This document shows positions 1-13,380 of a stretch of DNA of 64,000 bases, piece after piece; within the stretch, counting starts at the first letter, position 1; every line of letters starts with the position of its first letter. A program made the position numbers and the translations under genes. The stretch comes from Octopus vulgaris (lineage: Eukaryota). The notes under the pieces are model-generated. The model was not told the origin of the DNA and made no database searches. It saw nothing but the letters and a program-made list of their open reading frames with translations. Where the stretch lies: the NCBI GenBank assembly GCA_951406725.2, contig OX597833.1, forward strand, positions 26,660,001 through 26,724,000. Direction: 5' to 3'.

Positions 1-139
1 AGACGAGGCCACCTCTACCAGGCACTGCTATCCCAACATTTACTCCGAGACACCATCAAAATTAAAGACAACAGGAATACGATATACTCAACTAAATACA
101 GGAAGACTAATCCTGCAATTAAGACCTGCCATCTGCGGT

Positions 140-2460
140 TAATGCTGTAGTTATTCCTTGTTTCGAATTTGCTCATTCCTTTTATCATTTCTGTTTCTTT
201 TTCCTCAGTAGTGGTTCTTAATTTTTTTACCTGTAGACCCCTTTCATTCTTATTTTACTCTGGTGGACGACCATAGCCATTTGATGTTTAAAGAAATTCT
301 ATATCTGTATAATTAAATATCATTAGTAATTGTATTTTAAAAAGTATTAAGACATTTTTTGTATTGTAAAAGTATAACCAATTTATTGCAGATAAATTTC
401 AACAGCAAAACTCATATGGTCCCTCAAGAGCCATGTGGACACCAACTGGGAACCATCCCTGTAAAGGTTCTTGACATCGATTCAGCACTGGTGTTTGTAA
501 CTCCATTTTTAGGACGGTATTTTATTCCAAAATTCTGTTATGCTTCTATTTTCCCTTCACAATTCTCTATTAAGTTCGTCCCTATTTTTGTTTGTTGTTC
601 GTTTAAAGGCAGAAAACAACCCTCGGTCATCTTCATGTTTTCTAGCCCTTTGCTTTCATTTTTATTTTTCGATAATTTTGTAATTGTAATGTTTACGTAC
701 AGTACATATTAAATATTAACATTATTCCAGCACCTTCCTTAATCCCTATATATTAAATATCATATTTTCTGTTAGACGTTAAGCAGGATGTTCTAAATGC
801 AGTCATTTTTCTTTTCTTTTTCTTGTCTTGCTTTTTTTCATTAATCTATTAAGCTTCATATCTATAAATTATTACTGACATAGCTGTAGGTGTTTATTAC
901 CATATCCTATGCATGTAATTCTGTCCTGAAAATTAATTTGATGCATCTCAAAAATATTCCTCCCTACTATTTCATATGTCTGTTGTACTTTATATAGTTC
1001 ATTGACTCCTAACGGTTGTGATTGGTTTCACTCCCTTATTTCTATTCATTTATCTAAACATGATGCTTGTGTTTATTTCCCTGATCAGAGCTATTTTGGT
1101 GAATATTTTAATCCAAATCACTCATCAATTCCTCTACTAAATCAGTATACGCTTTGTGGGGAATTTGTTAATCGACTTCAGGGAACAACATGAGATGACC
1201 ATATACAAAAGATGGTTGACTGACTTCCCTAAGTATCTCTGTTCAAGCAACATCTGGATTAACAGGTTAGTTACAGATGCTGTTATATGGTAGAAAAGGC
1301 GGCGAGCTAGCAGAAACGTTAGTACGCCGGGCAATATGTTAAGCGCTGTTTCGTCTGCTGTTACGTTCTGATTTCAAATTCCGCCGAAGTCGACTTTGCC
1401 TTTTATCCTTTCGGGGTCTATAAATTAAGTACCAGTTACGTACTGGGGTCGATGTAATCGACTTAATCCGTTTGTCTGTCCTTGTTTGTCCCCTCTATTG
1501 CCCTTGTAGGCAATAAAGAAATAAGAAAAGGCAAGCGGTTGTCCGAGATGCAGTCCCCTTCATACACTTCCCAAATTCATTTTCTAATCTTTATCTGCAA
1601 ACGCCATCTACTGTTCAATCCCAACCATCCTCACACTTTTTCTTTTTCGTTATGTATTCCTCACTAATAATATTGATGCAGAGGAGTAATTAATCTTTAT
1701 ACATCTATTAGAGTTCCTATTTTTGCTTCTAGTCATTTGGAACTATGCCATTGTTTTCAATATGTGGATGTTTATGCTCTACAATTTTCTTGCATCTAAA
1801 GTTTTGCTAGCTGAAAGAAAAACAAGTTAAAGGTTTGTAGTTTGACGATTTCCCACATCAATAAATATGGCAACTCAGTTTCCCTATTAAATGCGCCAAT
1901 CAGGTACTTTTGTAGTGCCTGGGCTAAATTTTGCGATGATTTAACATTCCATGGTTGATCAAGACCTGCGCATATTGTCCATTCGTCCCTGTGCATTCTA
2001 TTTTCTGTTTTCCTCAATTTCTAACTTTCGTATTGTTTCTATTGCATTGATTTCCGTTTTCTTAAAATCTAGTTCTTGATAATTTTGCTGCGTATTGGAA
2101 TCGAATTCTATTTTTCTTTTTGAAAGAATCGATCTATAAACGGAATTTGTGAGGATCTTTTCTTTCAAGTGTTCTTTGATGTCGAGTGTATGCTTTGCAA
2201 TTATATATTTCGGTAATATTTTTGAATGCTGGTTCTTCATATCTTGCACTTGGGTTTTATTATATCTTTAGTATAGGAGTAAATCTGAGTGAGGAGCTAC
2301 TTTCGTTTGTAACAACTATGGCTCCTATCTATATTTCAATTAATTTGATAAAATTGATATTCTTTTCGAATTTCACTGCACTAGCCCTTGTTGCTGCTGT
2401 TTTATCTAAGTGATTTTCGTTGATTCATAGGATGAGATTTAACGATATAATTTTAAAATT
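140..2460 (-). mobile_element. Highly degenerate LINE-like relic (possibly L1/Tx1-type ORF2), interrupted by a SINE
   Basis: Minus strand is A-rich with broken K/E/I-rich frames (1796-2017, 1998-2249) showing only faint resemblance to LINE ORF2. No diagnostic motif is intact and the boundaries are approximate. Confidence 0.25.
1297..1526 (+). mobile_element. tRNA-derived SINE, family A
   Basis: Head GGCGGCGAGCTAGCAGAAACGTTAG, B-box-like GATTTCAAATTCC and central GTCGACTTTGCCTTTTATCCTTTCGGGGTC match other copies in the window (32054, 42048). Flanked by a direct repeat AGAAAAGGC (1292-1300, 1524-1532), a likely TSD. Confidence 0.9.
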
Positions 2461-3904
2461 ATTTTCAGTGTTATACTCTTATGTTCATGACTTCTATCTT
2501 TAGGTTTTTCTGTTCCTAAATCTTTTATATTTTATGCATTATGTTTGTTTGTTTCGGTATTTGCTGGTCAGTATTCTCTAGATTTTGGTTGCTTTGCATT
2601 TTGTCATAATTCGTGTTTTAAAATTTGCTAAATTTATATTTCTGGTTTACCTTCTCAATTTTTGCTGTTTTCTTTTGCTTCCTACTTTTATTTGTGTCGT
2701 ATTTGGGTGGAGTGTTTTATTTAGATTGTGGACACATTTCTTGATTTGACAATGTTTGCTTCTTTATTTAATTAGTGTATACAGCTATATTAATTGATCC
2801 AGACAAACGTGAAATTCAAGCAGTTTCAGAGAAGCCTAGTTTGCTCTTCATATTTATTACTTTATTTCGGTATAATTCTTTTTGTGTGTCCTTTCTTTTT
2901 ATTTCTGTTGTCTTCGTTATCTTCCCACGTCTCTCTCTTCTCATCATATTTAGGTTCGCCATATACTGCCACACTAGTTTCTTGGTATGTTTGTGATGCA
3001 TGTCCCTCCTTATCTCCTCACCGCATCATCGATATTAAACATCAGAAACACCATATTTCATATTCCAGTCAATGGTGCTCCTTTTGCTAAATACTGGCCA
3101 ATGCTTCCTCTAAATTCTTCTTCGGTGGCATAGGGAATCCATTCACCTCTGTTTCTTGAAAAACTGAAGCATGTCAAATTCCCCCTGGCCTTTTTTTCTT
3201 GGAATAATTCGACGAGCAGAAAGACACTTGTGACATACCACCTGTTTTTTTCTTTAGATGAGTTAATCCCTACTTAGTGTTTCATATATGTTAGCAACAA
3301 TTGCAACGACTAATTGCGGCTATTATCACTTTTCTTATTAACGTTTGTTCTATCATCGCATCTGTTTGTCATGTTCCTTTCCGATTTTCCTCTTTATTGT
3401 GTTTTAAACTAACTTCTATTTCAAACATTTCGAAAATTTTCTACCAGTCTGTCGTTCCCTTAAAGGTGTTCATATTTAATCACTATCAAAACAGACATAA
3501 TGAATAAATGCACAAATAAAATAATTTCTAAGAATGAAACTCATTATCTCCTAAGAGTAGATAGTAAAATATATGAAGTTCTTTGTTGGTAAAGTAAACC
3601 TAAAATAACAAAACAAATATTTTTTTATCAAGTAAATGCGGTGAAAAATAGAAGTTTTCCGCGAATAATGTTACACACAATCAATCATAGCACACAAAAC
3701 AAGAAGAACAAAGACAACAACAACGCCCACCCCCATCATCCACCATACTCACACATACATAAAAACGACCAAAAGGAGGATATGTTGGTAGAAATAAAGA
3801 AGAAAGAGTCAAGGTCATTTTCTGTAGCTGTCCTATTGTTGAAGATGTGTTATTGCTTATCCGAGAGACAATACATATCCAACATGTATTGTTTCTTGAA
3901 TAAG

Positions 3905-4390
3905 ACAAAGTAAACAGAGTCGGAGTTTACATAAACTGGACGTGATGCCAGTTTCACGGAAAAAGCAAATAGAAAAGTGGTGTATAGGCATACACTTGAT
4001 AAGGCCTCAGAGAACGAGGAAGTGATCATACTTGGGGGAATGCCAATACAAAGAGTTAGAGAGACCAAGGATAATTGACCAAATATTATTGTCAAGTGCA
4101 AACAGTAAAGTCCTAAGTAACCGTAATAACATCCCTAGAAGATAATAATGTGTGGCTAAAAAAAGAACTGGAGAAATTATCTAAATATAAATATCGAGAA
4201 ACAGAAGTATTATGAGTGTGGGTGCTGAAAAGAGAAGCAATTCTTTTAATAATAAGTGCCTCGGGAATGACGAGAAAAAGATACAAACGCGTTACCAAAA
4301 GCTCATGATTTGGAAATATGCCGAACATGCAGAAACTAACATTAATAGACACTGCACATATATTACATAAAGTATTTTTCAATGAATGTA
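3905..4390 (+). mobile_element. 3' fragment of an R4/Dong-type (RLE) non-LTR retrotransposon, pseudogenised
   Basis: Frameshifted translation ENEEVIILGGMPIQRVRETKDN*PNIIVK...DNNVWLKKELEKLSKYK...AILLIISASG...MQKLTLIDTAHILHKV resembles the RLE C-terminus (RPDI, KxxKY, IGALG, TAHILRKVL). An AAT/GAT/AAC-rich tail follows to about 4650. Confidence 0.75.
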
Positions 4391-4710
4391 AACAAGAATA
4401 TCAAAACAATACAAAAAGACTACATGTACCCAAGGTACTCAAACAGCGCTCGAAATTGTGTGTTATAAAAGAAAAAAAGAAAAAAAATATAATTGCTGAA
4501 AAACAACAAGAAAAACAATAATTGCAATGATGATGATGATGATGATGATAACAAAAACAACAACCATACTAAAAATGATAAAAATTCTCAGAATAATAAT
4601 AACAGCCATGAAAATAACATCAATACTACTACTAATAATAATAATAATTTAATGCAGGGCAATACAGAAACATGAAACAAAATACGAAAGCGATATATGT
4701 ACATATATAT

Positions 4711-4746
<36 letters not shown>

Positions 4747-4904
4747 ATATATATATATATATATATATAAATATATATATATATAAAGAGTATATATATA
4801 TATATATACATGCATGCATTTGTATGATTCGTGTCTATAACGTCATATGTAAATTATATGTATGTATCTAAATATGTATAGGCGTATGTGTGTATGTATA
4901 TATA

Positions 4905-6202
4905 TAGGATGGGGCAGAGAGAACATACGTTTTTGAAATAGCTATTACTTAGTTCCAGCGGGAGGGACATATGTCCGACTGGTACTATTCGGTCCGGTGA
5001 GTCATAGCCTTTTTTCTTTCTGTTCAGGTGAAGCCATGGGTTTGTGGGCGATAGGGTATCGTGTGTTTGCCTACGACCAGTTACGTGACGAATAACGAGT
5101 CTATCACAGCAGTTCAACGTGAATTCCGGTGCCACTCCAACTTTCACCGAAACCAAGCTGTCCCCACCCGTAATAGAATCTCATGCTGAGTGAATGCACT
5201 TTGTACACAAGGTATATTAATGAAGGCGCCACGAACGGTAAGGAAGTGAAGCGTGTCAGACAAGCTGTGATACGGAATCTGAATCGCTCTGCTCGGAGAC
5301 ATTCCACTGAACTTGCATCGATAATCGATCAATAAGGCGAAGTTCGCATGAAGACCTACATTCCCTCCCGTACAAATTGGTCATTTGGCAACAGTTGAAA
5401 CCATGGAGCTATGCACAGCGGCTTAACTTCGGACGTCAAATGGAAACAATTTTTGAAGCAAATGAAAACCTCCATTTTGTTAATGTGTGATGAAGCTCAT
5501 TTTCATCTCAATGGCATGGGGAATCAACAGAACTGTCGTTATTGGGCTCTTGGAAAATCCGAGAAAAATGCACAGCACAAAAGCGACGGTCTGGTGTGCT
5601 GTTGGAAAATCTGCTGTCATTAGCCCATACATTTTTGAAGACAATAATAGAAATGTTCATACTGGGAACTCCAAGTGTTACATCGAGATGATAAACAACT
5701 TCTTTGTGCCTGAATTACGACGAAAACGATGCATATTCGATGTGTGTGGTTTCAGCAGGATGGGGCAACGGCCCTCACTGCCAGAGCATCAATGGCCATT
5801 CTTCGCACTATTCTGTGACCGCCGCATTTCCAGGTTTGTTCACATTCTTTGCCCCCCTAGGTGCCCTCATTTGTCCATGTGTGATTATTTCTTGTGGGAA
5901 AAACTTCAATAAACGTATTTATGCGCATAAGCCCCGTACATCGAACGACTTGGTGGAGGCTATTCGTGTGGAAGTCACCCAAATCGAGAGACTAATGCTG
6001 GAGAGTGTAGAGGCCAACTTCCAAGAACACGTTTGGAAAAGCATCAATGAAAACTGACAACATAACATGATGGATGTTATTTTCCACACATCATTTTGAC
6101 AAATAATAATACAAACACGTTGACGTCTATAAAATTTGTTTGCAGCTAAAATTAATGATTTTGTGAATTTTCGAACACGTCAGTCCTCTCTGCCCCACCC
6201 TG
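4905..6202 (+). mobile_element. Tc1/mariner DNA transposon, DD41D (rosa)-like, transposase pseudogene
   Basis: Imperfect TIRs TAGGATGGGGCAGAGAG / CTCTCTGCCCCACCCTG with TA flanks. Motifs CDEAHFHLNG, VWCAV, WFQQDGATA and PPRCPHLSMCDYFLW are split across frames. About 41 residues lie between the 2nd and 3rd Asp after repairing one frameshift. Confidence 0.9.
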
Positions 6203-7215
6203 TATTTTATGTATATTTACAGATATTAAGTGAGAAGGAATGTGTGCTTGCATGTGTGCGTGTAGATTTGTGTGTGTGTGTCTTTGTGCGTAATGAAATA
6301 GCATCTTGTTACCCTGTTTTGCGAGAAGAGTAATAAAAACAGCATTGTTATAAGTATTCACACTAAACTTATACTGAGTTTCGCCTCATATTTACAAAAC
6401 CATGCGTACACAAACGCACACGTACACACACAAGTGTTTATATATATATATATATATATACAGACAGACACCCTCATACGTACATGTGCATTTGTAAATG
6501 GGTGTGTCGATATAACTATGATTTTGTGTCAATTAATTAACATAGTCGTATCTGCATTGGTAGCTTCTTGTTACCTCATTGTTTTCTGATGAATGACAAA
6601 TATTCCGAAGCGTTTATTGCTTCTCATGTTCTTCGTTATTATCACGTGAATCTAATCTATCAACTTTGTACTTCCGCTATTTATTTGTGTTCTATTTATA
6701 ATATGTTGTTACAAACACACGCACTCACAAAAAAACAAAACAAACGCACGCACAAACACACTCATGTGTGTTCATATCTGCATATCAGGTAAGTTATTTT
6801 GATATGAATAGACCAAAACTAACAACGTTAGCAACAATCCTCACATGAAGATTAATCGCGCAAGAAAATATTTTTAAAGTAACCGTTTCACATTTGTTAT
6901 TTAGAAAATATAATGGATTGTAAAGTAATCATCCAAAAGTAAACACAATGACGTTCTTCGTTCTTAAAACATGTTCTAAACATGTGGTTAATACCGCGAA
7001 TGACTTTACAAATTATATGTTGTCACGAACTTTCAGGATATTCATTTAATATGGATGCTTTTTGTTTTATTTGAAAAACAACAATGTTAATAGTTACGTA
7101 TCAAGTGATTATTCTGTCGTTTTTGTAATTGTAGTTTCCACTTCTAGAATCATGTCTAGCGTTTATACATACAATCTAGTGTGTGTACATATACATGTTT
7201 ATACATATCCGAATG

Positions 7216-7284
<69 letters not shown>

Positions 7285-7302
7285 ATATAAACATACGCAC
7301 AT

Positions 7303-7354
<52 letters not shown>

Positions 7355-7475
7355 ATAGAGGGCATTATTACACATAAATGCCTCACACTAAGAATGACAA
7401 AGTCATTACTACCAAAATTATACTAATCATACCTAAATGCAGTTCTTCAAAGCAAGACATTTAAAAAATGAATTT

Positions 7476-7532
7476 AGTTCTGTATCACCGTGATTTCACA
7501 TTTAACTTACGTCTATGATCATCAGCAGAACT
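7476..7532 (-). ncRNA. Minimal type I hammerhead ribozyme fold (inverted copy)
   Basis: Exact reverse complement of 7965-8021. Confidence 0.7.
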
Positions 7533-7964
7533 GATTCTGAACATATCATAAATAAACCACCAACCTTACCTAGAGAAGACGAACAGACATCTATTCACTC
7601 CGGCCAAGCACATGGAATGTTTATAAATCATATATCCGGTAAATGGCGGGCTTATTCGAACTGCATGTCGGATAAGAAAAGTATTTCGGAATAAATTTAA
7701 CAATTAAGGATAACTTCTTAATAAGGAATCTTAACAAGAAATTATCAGGTAGTTAGCGTGAAAAACCTCATAAAAGAAAAGAATTCGAAAATAATTTTTT
7801 TTCTTTTGAACAAATTAATTATATCTATATTGTATAGAGGGCATTATTACACATAAATGCCTCACATGATTTATAAACATTCCATGTGCTTGGCCGGAGT
7901 GAATAGATGTCTGTTCGTCTTCGCTAGGTAAGGTTGGTGGTTTATTTATGATGTGTTCAGAATC

Positions 7965-8021
7965 AGTTCTGCTGATGATCATAGACGTAAGTTAAATGTG
8001 AAATCACGGTGATACAGAACT
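7965..8021 (+). ncRNA. Minimal type I hammerhead ribozyme fold
   Basis: Stem I AGTTCTG/CAGAACT (7 bp); core CTGATGA 7972-7978; stem II CAT..GAC-GTAA-GTT..ATG with U-U at its base; GAAA 8000-8003; stem III ATCA-CGG-TGAT; predicted AUA cleavage after 8014. Confidence 0.7.
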
Positions 8022-8427
8022 AAATTCATTTTTTAAATGTCTTGCTTTGAAGAACTGCATTTAGGTATGATTAGTGTAATTTTGGTAGTAATGACTTTGT
8101 CCCTCTTAGAGTGAGGCATTTATGTGTAATAATGCCCTCTATACAATATAGATATAATTAATTTGTTCAAAAGAAAAAAATGATTTTCGAATTCTTTTCT
8201 TTTATGAGGTTTTTCATGCTAACTACCTGATAATTTCTTGTTAAGATTCCTTATTAAGAAGTTATCCTTAATTGTTAAATATATATATATATATACGTAC
8301 AGCGATTTATTTAGTTATTGTATATAATGTATGTATATGTATTACGTACATATATATGTGTGTGTGCATGCACACTCACACATATAATTACATTCATAAA
8401 CATTTAATATATTGTATATTTATAATG

Positions 8428-8539
<112 letters not shown>

Positions 8540-8682
8540 ATGTTTTCCAGAACTATCTAGTGAAATACTATTATCATCTACATAAGACTTCACAACTCCA
8601 CAACTCCTGGTGCCTCTGCTAAATATTAATGAATATTTATATACTCATGTTTTCAGCTCCATGTTCCTGTTTGCATCAACAA

Positions 8683-8740
<58 letters not shown>

Positions 8741-8743
8741 ATG

Positions 8744-8799
<56 letters not shown>

Positions 8800-8803
<4 letters not shown>

Positions 8804-9101
8804 CGTGACCGACCAGGCTATCAGATGTTGCTACACATCGCTGGTAACAATACGCTTCACATTGTTTATTAGCTTTCAAATGACGCCTCCCCGCTGGCTA
8901 AGCGAGCAGGCCAACAGAAGAAAGAGTGAAAGAAAGTTGTGGCGAAAGAGTACAGCAGGGATCGCCACTATCCCACTGCCAGTGCCTCGTGGAGCTTTAG
9001 ATGTTTTCGTCAATAAACATTCACAACACCCGGTCTGGGAATCAAAACCGCGATCCCACGACCGCGAGTCCGCTGCCCTAACCACTGGGCCACTGCGCCT
9101 C

Positions 9102-9104
<3 letters not shown>
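8800..9104 (-). mobile_element. tRNA-derived SINE, family B
   Basis: Minus-strand head GTGGAGGCGCAGTGGCCCAGTGGTTAGGGCAGCGGACTCGCGGTCG...GGTTTTGATTCCC, homologous to the copy at 63121. Confidence 0.88.
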
Positions 9105-9154
<50 letters not shown>

Positions 9155-9245
9155 AGAGTAAATAATAGCTTTAATCGTTTTTAAAAAACCAACAATTATT
9201 TACTGGTAGATTTCGGCATGTAAATATAACCATTAACGGTAGGAA

Positions 9246-9311
<66 letters not shown>

Positions 9312-9496
9312 ATATATTGTACGATTCAAATAATATGATACTTTTTCGAACGCAGAATTGCCGATAGAACAGCAGAAATACTGAGTAAATTACGCTTACA
9401 AAGCAGAAAAAAAAATGTTAGTTTGTTTATATTTATATACACGTAGTTGTCCGTTTAGTTATTTTGCATCTAAATATGTGAATGAATTTGTGAGCA

Positions 9497-9568
9497 GGTA
9501 TTTTAGCTTATCGGTAAAGCACTCAGCCGCAGTCTCGAGGGATATGGGTTCGAGTCCTATATGTATTT
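9497..9568 (+). pseudogene. tRNA-like relic (anticodon position GCA, Cys-like) or isolated SINE head
   Basis: D arm GCTT/AAGC; anticodon arm CTCAG-CCGCAGT-CTCGAG with one bulge; T arm ATGGG-TTCGAGT-CCTAT. The acceptor stem is poorly paired. Confidence 0.55.
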
Positions 9569-11949
9569 ATTTATGTATGTATGTTATCTGTAAAGTTGTC
9601 GTCGAAACAAAGCAAGTTTACTCAATAATATCTGGTCTACAGCAAGATATTTCGCTTTGATGAAACTGTGTCTAAACTCAAGTAGCCATCACATATAATT
9701 TAGCGCTAGGCTCATTTCACCATTTTGGTGCTTCAATGACCAATGTACTGAAATATTTGGTGTTTGAATGACCAATGTACTAGAACTCATGCCATCGTAC
9801 ATAAACCTATCATATCAATGTCAAATTTTCACTATTACTAAATGCTCTGGTTCCATTCTATCATCCAGCACACAAATCAAATATGAGGCTAATAATGGAA
9901 ACTTTAAGTGGTTATTCAAGTTATAAATCGAACCAAAATATATAGGATTTATTAGTGTGTGAGACAGCCCGCTCATTGCAGTTCGACACTTAACTCAAAT
10001 GTGGCCCAATTAATGAATGATGTCTTGGTTTGGTTTTCGAATGTTATCAACAAAAATTAAATGAATATTTTAGAAATTGCAGAAAATCAATACAAATATT
10101 AACTCGAGAATAATTTCTTCATTGTACTATGCAACGGCGAAATATGAGTCAACTCGTTTAGGGAAAGTAAACAGATTTCAGCCAATCCATATAGATCGAG
10201 ATTACAACACACTTAAGAACCAGTATCTCACATGGGGAAGTTTTACGGGTTCACTTGATCGCCGAGAATTAGCAGCCGGTTTTCTAGTACCTTTCTAAGG
10301 AATACAATGGAGATGGCCGCTTTAGATAATAGAATCTGCGATACACTATTCCTATAAGAATACAATGGATAATTACAGCTTGAAAGACCCTTCCCAGTGA
10401 TCTGCTCAATGGATACTGGTGAAGATATAAACAATAGTAAAGAACGTATGGCGGTTTTTAAAAAAATGTATTAGTTCTTTATGTAATACAACTTCTCTTG
10501 AAAATCTCTGAGTAATGCTTTGTTAACGGAAATAGTTCAATTATATATAACTAAACAGCTGAACAGACTATATATATACATATATTAAGGTGCGTGTGTA
10601 CGCGTGTGTGTGTGTGTGTGTGAATGTATGTGTTTGTGTGCATAGTATAATTATTAGATGTATTAGTGCATACATATGTATGTATGTTGGAGGAATGCAT
10701 AGAAAAGCTGTTTAGTCAGCGGCTGACAGGGAAGCATACTAGGCTATCCATCATATATGCATTTACATTCCCAAAAAAGAAAGATTTTGAAAACGACATG
10801 ATAATTTTTTTCCATTTCCCCGAGTGTCAATCTAATACTTTTTGAACGTGTCCTGTCTAATTACTTTTTTTGTTTTTGTTCTTTCCCGACTTTCCACATT
10901 TACACACAGCCATACATACGCGCGCACACGCACACACACACGCACGCACGCAAACATATATATGTATATATATATAGTGTGTGTGTATTTGAATATGTAT
11001 GTATTTAATAAAATAAGTGTGTGTGTGTATGAAGAGAGCGAGAGAGTGAAAAAGAGAAAGAGAGAGAGCAGGTTCTTTAGATTATAAATACTCATATTAT
11101 TATGTGTGTGTGTATTAGCTACTGATTTTGCTGAATTATATATATGCAAGATTAGTATTAATGTATACTGGCATTTTACTCACACCCGTGAATCTGAGAA
11201 AGCAATATGAGTACAATGGATTGCATATGAGCTTCATATTTGCAGTTTAGCGGTTTTACTATTTCTACCTTGTTGAATATCATTAGATTTGTAGCAGATA
11301 AGATAACATTGTCCCTACTATTCATATTAGATACAATGCATAAGCATCGCCTATTAGTTTGTTCGCGAATAAACGTCTAACATGATATATGCGAAGATAA
11401 TTACGAATTTATCTTAACGTCAATGTTGTTAAACAAGTGAGCGTTACGTAACTATTTCACATGTAGCTAGAATTAATGACACGCATTTATATAACTAAAC
11501 ACGCGCACGGGCGCATGCACACACGCACGCACATGCCTGCGCGCGCGCACAAGGAGGCAGAGGCAGAGGAAGAGAGTCAGAGAGACAGAATGTAGATGAA
11601 GCGCCATTGTGGAAATAAATCTCTTAACGCTGTATCACGAAGCGAATAGAGCTACAAATAATGATTTCTGCTTTAGTCACAAGTTCAGCAGTTTCAGGGA
11701 TGAGAGTGATAGCCTATACCAACGACCCCAGTACTTGGCTGCTGCTGTATTTCATTGATGCAGAAGGGGTGAGGGGAAAAGTTGACTTCGCTGGTATTTA
11801 AAATTAGAATATAGAAAACTGTAAAAACCACTGCAAGACATCATTCTGAATGTCTAAGGATTCTTTAATCCTCTATCCTCGTATACAATTATAATAGCTT
11901 TGTAAAATCCCTTGGATACTGAAAAGGCTAGAAGCTACCAACTACTCCG

Positions 11950-12080
11950 CTGGTACTTAGCTTATAAACTTTAAAGGTAAAGCCCACCTCATCAGAATTT
12001 GAATTCTGAACATAAAGACGGAAGAAATGCCGCTAAGCATTTTTTCCGGCGAGTTAACGATTCTGCCACCTCGCCGCCTT
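11950..12080 (-). mobile_element. SINE family A, 5' part
   Basis: Reverse complement reads AAGGCGGCGAGGTGGCAGAATCGTTAAC...AAATGCTTAGCGGCATTTC. Confidence 0.8.
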
Positions 12081-12839
12081 GCAGCTGGATCTTTTAGCTC
12101 CAGTTTTGCTTTACATAGATCAGCATATTTAATTTCAAATCGAAGGAAAATATCTGTGAAATTCTTATCAAACACCACCTGGCATAAAGAAGATAAAACA
12201 TATAAATATGTTATATGTGTCTAGTAAAGTGACAGGCAATCAGTTAGCACACAATAAAACTTCAAATTTTCTAGACATAAATCACAAATGATGTATTTTT
12301 ATAATTTATGTGTTAAAATCGAATGATTACAATTTTGTGCAAAAGGAATATGGAAACATAAAGAATTGCACCGAGTGAACTATTGAGTTAAGGTTGGCAT
12401 TTAAGAAGTGTTTCAAATCAAATCGATTATGTTTAATAAAGCTGAAATGATATATAGTGACATTTAGAAAGATATATTTATGTTATCTATAAGCATAGAC
12501 ATAAAGTTATTTCAGAAAATAGCAAAATGATGTGGGGTTTTTTTTTAATGTTATTCAGTACAAAATAAATTAAAATTAAAACATTATTAGAATGTTTTAC
12601 ACAAGTGCAGCATTATTTATAATTGAGACATCCGTGATGATTAGACATTCACTTCTGTAAATGTAAATTACAACACAAATGTAGACATTTTTGATGTGAA
12701 CTGTTTCCAGGGGATCTGTCAATGTGCTTTGAACACTCTTGCAAGGCACTCGTTAATATTTCCTTCCAAGGTTTTTTAGAAAATGTATATATCATTTTAT
12801 TTTTATCAAGATGGGGAACCTGTGGAGGTTTTTCCCACA

Positions 12840-13149
12840 AAATAATAATAATAATGTTAAGAAGAAGAAGAAAGAGGAGGAGGAGAAGAAGAAGATGAAG
12901 ACGGTGTAGAAGCAGAAGATGGTGATGATGATGAGGAGGAGGAGGAGGGGAGCAGAGGGGGAGCAGAATGTGGTGGGCATGGTGATGAGGTGAGGAGGAG
13001 AAGAGGGAGCAGGAGAGGGGGAACAGGAGTGAGGGAGCAGGATGTGGTGCTGATAATGATGATGTTGATGATGGTGAGGAGAAGGAGGAGGAAGGGGAGA
13101 GCAAAACATATACGGGCAGACATATAGATACATGGCTAGACGGACGGAG

Positions 13150-13183
<34 letters not shown>

Positions 13184-13185
13184 GC

Positions 13186-13248
<63 letters not shown>

Positions 13249-13380
13249 CATGCTTGTGTGTGAATCTGTATATGTGTATGTGTAAATCTGTATGTGTGTA
13301 TATGTACGTATATATATATATACATGTATATATGTATATGTACGTATATATATATGTACGTATGTATGTATATATGTATG
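12840..13380. repeat. Compound simple repeat: purine-rich triplets, (GACA)n, (GATA)n, TA/TG low complexity
   Basis: Direct reading; accounts for the 261-aa and 224-aa spurious ORFs. Confidence 0.95.

Larger units (their letters stand above)
7347..8280. mobile_element. HHR-bearing non-coding element (retrozyme/PLE pseudo-LTR type): 479-bp unit with terminal redundancy plus an inverted, permuted copy
   Basis: 7347-7387 is repeated at 7826-7866. 7866-8280 is the reverse complement of 7695-7829 joined to 7351-7631. (TA)n lies on both sides. Confidence 0.8.

Noticed and set aside
6586-6615. CTGATGA...CGAAGCG hammerhead-like string
   Set aside because: GAAG instead of GAAA and no stem I or III pairing; at most a very decayed relic.
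9150-9250. Short insert between (TA)n tracts with minus-strand GG...CC-GAAATCTA
   Set aside because: No CUGANGA and no stem I. It may be a pseudo-LTR scrap but is not supportable as a ribozyme.
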